Shown: one piece after another, positions 57,837-64,000 of the stretch
Layout of the letters: the number at the start of each line of letters is the position of its first letter
Position numbering within the stretch: position 1 is the stretch's first letter
Origin: Candidatus Yonathbacteria bacterium
GTDB lineage: Bacteria > Patescibacteriota > Minisyncoccia > Phycocordibacterales > UBA1550
Direction: 5' to 3'
DNA length: 64,000 nucleotides
Assembly (NCBI GenBank): GCA_016215205.1
Contig: JACRKU010000024.1
Span: 4,321 to 68,320, forward strand
The notes under the pieces: model-generated
The model's database searches: none
What the model was told of the DNA's origin: nothing
The model's input: only the letters and a program-made list of their open reading frames with translations
Made by a program: the position numbers and the translations under genes

Positions 57837-59075
57837 CTCCGCCAAGAGCGCCGCCGGCGTATATACATTCTTTGGGTCCCACAAGAGCCACGAAGTGAGG
57901 CCGGAATCGTATGTCGCTTGTATCTGGGCGCGCACTTTCGCGGCATCATAGTCTCCTCCGTAATCAAAATCCTGAAGCCATGGGCGGAGTTTGTTTCGGT
58001 CGTAAACATCTTTTGTATAAACAGCTGGCGTTGACGTGCCGATGCGTTCGCCGCCAAAGTGTAACACAGGTGTCGTGGAAGCCATGGCGCGAACAGCCGC
58101 GCGACTCATTGAAAAATTTACGACATCATACACGTGGTCATTTGGGTTCTTCCATCCGTTGAAAAGAGGAGGGTAATGCGACGGGTACACCATGGGCGAA
58201 ACATAATCAAAATACGGAAGCGCGCGCTCGAGCACTTGCCCGATGTTCAAATCGTCATTGTTTGTCGCTGTCATCCCAAACAAATCAGCGGAAATTTTTG
58301 CGCCGGTATCTTTGAAAGAATCATGAAGGTACGCGAAAAAATGTTCAAGCGCCTCGGCTTTGCTCATTCCCTTGCTCAATGAGAAATCGATATCTTTCAT
58401 ATCCCCGTCCGACGGAAACCGTATGTAATCAAAGTTGAGTTCATCAAAACCCATCGCGTACGATTCTTTGCCGAGAGCCGCGACGTATTCCCAATACGGC
58501 TTCGCGCCCACATCCACAAAACTCAAACCTTTTCTGTCCCTCCAAACACTGCCATCGCTTTTTTTGTGCACAGCAAGTTCGGGATGAACTTTCGTGTAAT
58601 ATGGGTCTTGAAAAACAGTGATGCGCGCAATCGCGTAAATTCCTTTCTTATGAAGCTCCGCGATAAACTCTCGCAAGTCTTTGGTGCGACAGCCCTTCCC
58701 TTCGTTATTTTTCAAAAGAGAATCTTTGGGGGTAAATGCAATCGTGCCACTGAAGTCTTTCACATCAATGATAATACTGTTGATTTCGGTTGTGTCGGCA
58801 ATATTCACGAGTTTGTTGCGAAATGACGGCATGGTCGCAACGCATGCTGTCATATAAATCGCCTTAAGGGGCTCTGGGGTTTGCATATGAGTAACAATAA
58901 TTTGCGGCTCCAAAAAAGTCTCCCTTGCCTCAACTGCCGGCGAAGTGGTAGATGCCATCATATTGTCAGGGCGATATGCCACTGAAGAAAATGCTGGGAT
59001 AAAAAAATAAAAAAGAGAGAACGCGGCTGTAAAAACAGCGCCCGCTACAAAGAGATGCTTGTGGTTGAGATTCAT
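57834..59075 (-). CDS. Putative glycoside hydrolase (DUF4015-like TIM barrel)
   Basis: KAIYMT, IIIDVKD, IARITVFQDP, GFDELNFDYIRFPSDG, PMVYPSHY, RPWLQDF. Confidence 0.8.
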   Translation of the reverse strand: MNLNHKHLFVAGAVFTAAFSLFYFFIPAFSSVAYRPDNMMASTTSPAVEARETFLEPQIIVTHMQTPEPLKAIYMTACVATMPSFRNKLVNIADTTEINSIIIDVKDFSGTIAFTPKDSLLKNNEGKGCRTKDLREFIAELHKKGIYAIARITVFQDPYYTKVHPELAVHKKSDGSVWRDRKGLSFVDVGAKPYWEYVAALGKESYAMGFDELNFDYIRFPSDGDMKDIDFSLSKGMSKAEALEHFFAYLHDSFKDTGAKISADLFGMTATNNDDLNIGQVLERALPYFDYVSPMVYPSHYPPLFNGWKNPNDHVYDVVNFSMSRAAVRAMASTTPVLHFGGERIGTSTPAVYTKDVYDRNKLRPWLQDFDYGGDYDAAKVRAQIQATYDSGLTSWLLWDPKNVYTPAALLAE

Positions 59076-59323
59076 TATATATTTTGCGGAGGAGCGGCAG
59101 AACTTCCTTCCGAGAGAGCGTCAGTTTTGGGAAGCGCTTGCTCGGCATCTAAAATGAGCTTTTTACAATTACTGCAATATACAACCGACGAAAGATAGGC
59201 AAGGACAGCAATGCCTATTCCGCTTAAAACTAGAATTGTCGTGCGCGCCCATGCCGGGAAACCGCCGATGGCCACGACAACAATGAGAACGCTAAGAAAT
59301 ATTATTACGGTGTGTTTGGTCAT
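59075..59323 (-). CDS. Small two-TM membrane protein
   Basis: Two hydrophobic segments then CSNC; -10 TATACT 6 nt upstream. Confidence 0.55.
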   Translation of the reverse strand: MTKHTVIIFLSVLIVVVAIGGFPAWARTTILVLSGIGIAVLAYLSSVVYCSNCKKLILDAEQALPKTDALSEGSSAAPPQNI

Positions 59324-59336
59324 AGGGACAGTATAC

Positions 59337-59452
59337 ATAGAAAATAGAAAATAGAAAATAGAATCTGGGATAAACTCAGCAAAAACGGGCAGTGCGACCT
59401 ACGGTCGCACTGCCCGTTTTTGCTATTCTACTTTCTATTTTCTAACTTCTAC
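59337..59452. repeat. 22-bp stem-loop flanked by inverted heptamer arrays (terminator after rsmI)
   Basis: (ATAGAAA)3 ATAGAAT ... AGCAAAAACGGGCAGTGCGACC-TAC-GGTCGCACTGCCCGTTTTTGCT ATTCTAC TTTCTAT TTTCTAA CTTCTAC. Confidence 0.75.
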
Positions 59453-60128
59453 CTCTCACAATTACTACAAATTCCCCGCGAACATGGTCGGGGTTTTGAG
59501 TAAAATAAGCTCGGACTTCTCCGACTGTTCCACGCGAAAATTCCTCATAAATTTTGGTTAGTTCACGAGCGACAATTACTCCCCTCTCCGCCTCGCAAAA
59601 TTTTTCGAGTGACTCAAGCGCTTTCAGAATTCGATGCGGTGATTCGTAAAAAACCATAACGCGCGCGGAGTTGGCAATTTCTTTAAACAAAGTTTCTCTT
59701 CCTTTTTTATGCGGCAAAAAACCGAGAAATGTAAACTCTGCGACTGAAATGCCCGCGCTCGAGAGTGCCGTCACCAGAGCCGATGGTCCAGGAATAGGGA
59801 CGATAGCGACTTGGTCGCCAAATCTCTCACGCACCTGAGAAACAATCAGCACGCCGGGGTCAGAAATACACGGCGTCCCCGCGTCAGATACGAGCGCGAG
59901 ATTCTTCCCTTCTTCAAGGAGCGTCAAAATTTTATCCACTTTTGAGAGTTTTGACTGAGCATGATAACTCAAGGTCGGCGTATCAATTTCATATTTTGAA
60001 AGCAAGCGTTTTGTCACACGCGTGTCTTCACACAAAATCATATCGACTTCCTTGAGCACGCGAAGCGCACGCAAGGTAATATCCTCGAGGTTGCCTATTG
60101 GTGTACCGACAATAAAAAAATTTGCCAT
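59442..60128 (-). CDS. rsmI: 16S rRNA C1402 2'-O-methyltransferase
   Basis: GTPIGNLEDITLRAL, CEDTR, VSDAGTPCISDPG, YESPHR, ARELTKIYEE. Confidence 0.96.
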   Translation of the reverse strand: MANFFIVGTPIGNLEDITLRALRVLKEVDMILCEDTRVTKRLLSKYEIDTPTLSYHAQSKLSKVDKILTLLEEGKNLALVSDAGTPCISDPGVLIVSQVRERFGDQVAIVPIPGPSALVTALSSAGISVAEFTFLGFLPHKKGRETLFKEIANSARVMVFYESPHRILKALESLEKFCEAERGVIVARELTKIYEEFSRGTVGEVRAYFTQNPDHVRGEFVVIVRGRS

Positions 60129-60131
60129 GAA

Positions 60132-61430
60132 TTACCTAATGAGTGACTCCCCTATTTTAAAAACATCGCCCGCTCCCATGGTGATTATAATATCATCTTT
60201 TTGGATGGTCGTGCGGATATATTTTTCAACAGCGGAAAATTCACCTAGGACGCGCACATTCTTGTGATGCGCTTTGATAGCTTGCGCAAGTTTTTCCGCG
60301 GTAATTTCCGGGTCAGGCTTCTCGCGCGCGGCATAAATTGGCACAATAATTACCTCGTCAGCGTCAGTAAAACTTTCCGCAAATTCATTAAGTAAAAGCT
60401 TTGTGCGTGAGTAGAGATGCGGTTGAAATATAGCGCGAATTTTACCAGTTGGATATTTTGCACGGAACCCCTGGAGAGTTGCTCTTATTTCTGTCGGATG
60501 GTGCGCATAGTCGTCGTACACAAATGCTCCGTTTTCTGTCTTGCCTTTGAGTTCCTGCCTACGCCATGTACCTTCAAATTTCGCGAGAAGCTTCGTCGCC
60601 TCCACTTCATCGACCGCAAGAATACGCGCGACCGCAAGCGCCGCTTTGGCGTTTTTAATATTATACTCCCCCGAAACCTGAAGCACCAACTTGGACGTCG
60701 GGTTTCCAAGTTGATAGTCGACAATTTTTGCGACGGCTTTTGTAAGCACGGGCGCCACACGCGGGTCACTGGGGTCGCACACGATTGCACCGCCCACGGG
60801 GACTTTTTGAACAAGCTCTCCAAACGCCTTTTGCACTCCTTCTAATGTCCCGTAATAATCGAGGTGATCATTGTCGATATTCGTGATTACTAAAATTTCT
60901 GGAGAGAGATTCAAAAAAGAGTGTTTATACTCACAGGCTTCAACCACAAAAATATCACTTGTGCCTGAAATAAAATTCGAACCGGACTTCATGAGACTAC
61001 CCACAATGACAGTCGGGTTCTTGTGTGCGCCCGCAAGAACCCCCGCTATCATCGCAGTGGTCGTTGTCTTTCCGTGCGTTCCCGACACTGCAACTGTGCG
61101 CATTCCGCGCGAAATCATGCCGAGGGCTTCCGGATACGAAAGTATTTGCACTCCTCTCTCGCGCACAATACGAAGCTCCGGATTGTTTTCCGGTACTGCA
61201 GGCGAATATACCACGAGGTCGCACACCTCGGGCACATTCGCCGCATCATGACCAATGAAAACCTTTGCGCCTTCAGTTTCAAGTTTTTCTGTAATTGGCG
61301 AAGAGATGCGGTCTGAACCTGTCACAGAAACTCCGCGGATGAGCATCATGCGCGCTACTGCTGAAACACCGATGCCGCCGATGCCGATAAAATGTGCGGC
61401 ATGAATATCTTTTAAAAATTCTTCATTCAT
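60132..61430 (-). CDS. murC: UDP-N-acetylmuramate-L-alanine ligase
   Basis: HFIGIGGIGVS, GTHGKTTTT, DNDHLDYY, DDYAHHPTEI, FQPHLYSRT, MGAGD. Confidence 0.95.
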   Translation of the reverse strand: MNEEFLKDIHAAHFIGIGGIGVSAVARMMLIRGVSVTGSDRISSPITEKLETEGAKVFIGHDAANVPEVCDLVVYSPAVPENNPELRIVRERGVQILSYPEALGMISRGMRTVAVSGTHGKTTTTAMIAGVLAGAHKNPTVIVGSLMKSGSNFISGTSDIFVVEACEYKHSFLNLSPEILVITNIDNDHLDYYGTLEGVQKAFGELVQKVPVGGAIVCDPSDPRVAPVLTKAVAKIVDYQLGNPTSKLVLQVSGEYNIKNAKAALAVARILAVDEVEATKLLAKFEGTWRRQELKGKTENGAFVYDDYAHHPTEIRATLQGFRAKYPTGKIRAIFQPHLYSRTKLLLNEFAESFTDADEVIIVPIYAAREKPDPEITAEKLAQAIKAHHKNVRVLGEFSAVEKYIRTTIQKDDIIITMGAGDVFKIGESLIR

Positions 61431-62116
61431 GGGTTCAGGTTAGACAAGATTTCCTCCGCCCGTTTAATATCATGCGGATATGCAATGGGAATCCAAAAAT
61501 CGCTTTCAATAACCGGAATATGGTGGTCACGCACATATCGTTCAATCATGTCTGTGAGATAATACTCACCCATGTGCGTCTTGGAAACATCGTAATCAAA
61601 AATCTTTGGAGTAAGGACGTACACGCCGGTCGCGGCGAGGTTAGATTTTGGATTCGCTGGTTTCTCTTCAATATTTTTAATCGTACCATCCTCATTTACA
61701 ACAACGACACCAAAATCTCGCGGATCATCCACAAACGAAACGAGGATGGCTGTGTCGTGTTCAACACATTTCGCGACCGCCGTTTTGCCGTGTACGTCAT
61801 CGGCGTACATAAGGAGAAACCTTTTTTCTTCCAGAAGATGCGGGCGGCAAATTTTGAGCGCATGCGCGGTGCCGAGCGGTTCTTTTTGCTCAACATACGT
61901 TACCCGTTTCCCCATAAATTCATTACCAAGAAAAGCGCGCATCATCTCACTCTTATAGCCAACCACGACCACCACCTCGTCGATTATTTTCGGCAAAATT
62001 TCCCAGATATGCGCAATGAGCGGCTTACCGAGGACCCGAACAAGCGGCTTTGGTCTATCAAGGGTAAGCGGATGCAAACGCTTCCCTTCCCCTGCGGCAA
62101 AAATAACAGCTTTCAT
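61427..62116 (-). CDS. Sugar-phosphate nucleotidyltransferase (GlmU N-domain/MurU-like)
   Basis: AAGEGKRL.PLT..RPKPL, QKEPLGTAHA, IEEKP, GEYYLTD; no LbH domain. Confidence 0.8.
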   Translation of the reverse strand: MKAVIFAAGEGKRLHPLTLDRPKPLVRVLGKPLIAHIWEILPKIIDEVVVVVGYKSEMMRAFLGNEFMGKRVTYVEQKEPLGTAHALKICRPHLLEEKRFLLMYADDVHGKTAVAKCVEHDTAILVSFVDDPRDFGVVVVNEDGTIKNIEEKPANPKSNLAATGVYVLTPKIFDYDVSKTHMGEYYLTDMIERYVRDHHIPVIESDFWIPIAYPHDIKRAEEILSNLNP

Positions 62117-62152
62117 GTTGGTTGCAATGATATCAAAAAATTGATGTATCCG

Positions 62153-63559
62153 CTACGCGATATTTTTAACCAATCCCACAAACTGGTCCCCGCGGTCAAA
62201 TTCATTTTTAAATACGCCGAAACTCGCCGCGCCGGGAGAGAGCAGGACGGTATCTCCGCGGCGCGCGAGTACGCGCGCCGCGTCCAGTGCTCCTCTCATT
62301 GACGACACAATGTACACCGAGTACGAAGTTTTTTTCGGAATTAAAGAAAGAAGCTTCTCTGTTGCCGCGCCTTCAATAAGCACAAGGCCTTTTACCGTCT
62401 TGTGAACCAGTCGCGCCATATCGGTATAATCAAGATTTTTATCCGCACCGCCCGCAATCAAAACAATGTTCTTTTTCTTTTTTGAAGCCAACGCCTCAAG
62501 TGCGGCCTTGTTGCCATCTGGGGTTGTCGCTGTAGTGTCGTTATAGTACATCACGCCACCAACAATGCGTACAAGCTCAAGGCGACCGGGTACTCCAAGA
62601 AAACTTTCCACGCCTTTTTTTATTGCATCTTTCGGCACGTCGAGTTCTTGGCATACTAAAATAACGCATGCGATGTTCGCTCTGTTGTGTTCGCCGGGAA
62701 TTTTAATTTTCCACGCTTTTGGAACAATACTCTTCCGCGCAACAAGCATTTCACTTTTAACTTTTAACTTCGAATCAGCTGATTCTGAACCAGCAGGTTC
62801 ACGTCCCGGACGCAAGCTCGGCCATGAAAACTTTTTGACTACCCGTGTTACTTGCTCGCTAAGCACGAGCACATCATCTTCCTTTTGAAATTTAAAAATA
62901 TTCGCCTTATCGTCGAAATATTTACTCATATCTCCTTTGTAATAGTTCAGATGGTCTGGCAAAAAATTGGTAAACACTGAAATATGCGGGGAAAGTTTTG
63001 CATCACCAAAACCCTGCAACTGCCATGAGTCAAGCTCGAGAACAGCAATATCCCCTATTTTTGTTTTTTTGAGAAGCGGGAGTGTCGCCATTCCGCGCAC
63101 ATTGCCGCCAACAAAAACATGCTTCGGGTACACGCGCGCGAGAATGTGCAGAAGAAGATGGGTAACTGTGGACTTGCCCCTTGTCCCCGTCACCCCGACA
63201 ATAGTCGCTGGTGTGAACTTTACAAAGAGTGACGCGTCCATCTCCACAGGAATTTTGTTTTTCATTGCCTCGGCAATAAATGGCGAATCTATCGGCACGC
63301 CAGCCGCCTTGATGACCATGTCGCAACTTTTAAAATCCTCGAGCCTGTGTTCACCTAGCACATAGCGAATGTTTTTAAACTTTGTAAGTTGCTTGATTGA
63401 TGACGCAAGCGCCTCCGCAGATTTCAAATCGGTAATCGTAAGTTCCGCGCCGAGCTCTGCCAAAAATTTTGCCACATTGACCCCACGCCCCAGAAGCCCT
63501 AAGCCAAGCATCGTAATTTTCTTGCCCTTGAAGTAAGTTTTATAGTTCATTTCACTCAT
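62153..63559 (-). CDS. murD: UDP-N-acetylmuramoyl-L-alanine-D-glutamate ligase
   Basis: GTRGKST, ELDSWQL, PDHLNYY, YNDTTATT, IAGGADK, LSPGAASF..FKNEFDRG. Confidence 0.95.
   Translation of the reverse strand: MSEMNYKTYFKGKKITMLGLGLLGRGVNVAKFLAELGAELTITDLKSAEALASSIKQLTKFKNIRYVLGEHRLEDFKSCDMVIKAAGVPIDSPFIAEAMKNKIPVEMDASLFVKFTPATIVGVTGTRGKSTVTHLLLHILARVYPKHVFVGGNVRGMATLPLLKKTKIGDIAVLELDSWQLQGFGDAKLSPHISVFTNFLPDHLNYYKGDMSKYFDDKANIFKFQKEDDVLVLSEQVTRVVKKFSWPSLRPGREPAGSESADSKLKVKSEMLVARKSIVPKAWKIKIPGEHNRANIACVILVCQELDVPKDAIKKGVESFLGVPGRLELVRIVGGVMYYNDTTATTPDGNKAALEALASKKKKNIVLIAGGADKNLDYTDMARLVHKTVKGLVLIEGAATEKLLSLIPKKTSYSVYIVSSMRGALDAARVLARRGDTVLLSPGAASFGVFKNEFDRGDQFVGLVKNIA
62769..62825 (+). repeat. 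Palindromic element copy 3 (57 nt, in frame within murD)
   Basis: TTCGAATCAGCTGATTC-TGAACCAGCAGGTTCACGTCCCGGACGCAA-GCTCGGCCAT; read as SWPSLRPGREPAGSESADSK in MurD. Confidence 0.75.
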
Positions 63560-63678
63560 AAAACCAATCATAGCAGAAGCCGGGAACCATTGCGAAATAT
63601 ACTGTTTTCTGATATATTCTAGCGAGCGAGAGCAGTAAAAAGCGTACGTTTTTTACTCTCGAGCAAGAAAAACAAAAA

Positions 63679-63752
63679 GCGCGTGTAGCTCAGGTGGTTA
63701 GAGCGCGTCACTGATAATGACGAGGTCCCAGGTTCGAGTCCTGGCATGCGCA
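63679..63752 (+). tRNA. tRNA-Ile (GAU)
   Basis: Cloverleaf: acceptor GCGCGTG/CATGCGC, anticodon loop CTGATAA, T-loop TTCGAGT; CCA not encoded. Confidence 0.95.
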
Positions 63753-63853
63753 CTTTGAAAAGAAGATGTGAAAAAACTGCCTGGTGGAAGCCGGAGGTGG
63801 AAAAAGAAACACTGATGATGGCGCCAGAGTAACCCTAGCAATAAGCAAAAGAA

Positions 63854-63877
63854 AAGGCCGAACGCAAGTTCGGCCTT
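63854..63877 (+). terminator. Terminator downstream of the tRNA
   Basis: AAGGCCGAAC-GCAA-GTTCGGCCTT followed by GTTTTT. Confidence 0.7.
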
Positions 63878-64000
63878 GTTTTTGTCGTCTTTTTTCAAAA
63901 ATCGACAATCACTTTTTCATACCGTCCTTTCATTGCCTCCTTGCACGGCATCGGACCGTGCGGCCCATATGCGCGGAGACACTTTCCAGTGTTAACACTT

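Noticed and set aside
63698-63908. Two 66-aa minus-strand ORFs
   Set aside because: They overlap tRNA-Ile and its terminator on the opposite strand.

Overview
Chromosomal segment of a small-genome bacterium, most likely Patescibacteria/CPR (Parcubacteria-like). This is inferred from gene content and compact gene forms; the window has no marker gene to confirm it. Genetic code is 11, since TGA acts as stop in several ATGA overlaps. Left part: rplY, a sugar-phosphate cluster (fba, pfkB-family kinase, split tkt, rpe, rpiB, gap), gatB, obgE, secA and murB, interleaved with four type II toxin-antitoxin loci, two with broken toxins. Middle (~23.4-54.4 kb): a large, mostly AT-rich surface-glycan locus with GDP-fucose and GDP-heptose pathways, glycosyl/methyltransferases, a flippase, a ligase and an unusual KdsC/AroE/NTase-kinase/GatZ/cupin block. 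Right part: lamin-tail surface protein, VirD4-like ATPase, rsmI, murC, a nucleotidyltransferase, murD and tRNA-Ile. Main unexplained signals: (1) two tandem promoter-delimited candidate small RNAs at 22231-22575, one complementary to the other's loop; (2) short palindromic elements sitting in frame inside protein genes (murD, murC and others), often with heptamer arrays; (3) a 22-aa Lys/Ala peptide behind a structured leader; (4) a MITE-like insertion at an antitoxin start; (5) pervasive leaderless-type promoters. All family calls come from reading motifs by eye; no searches were run.
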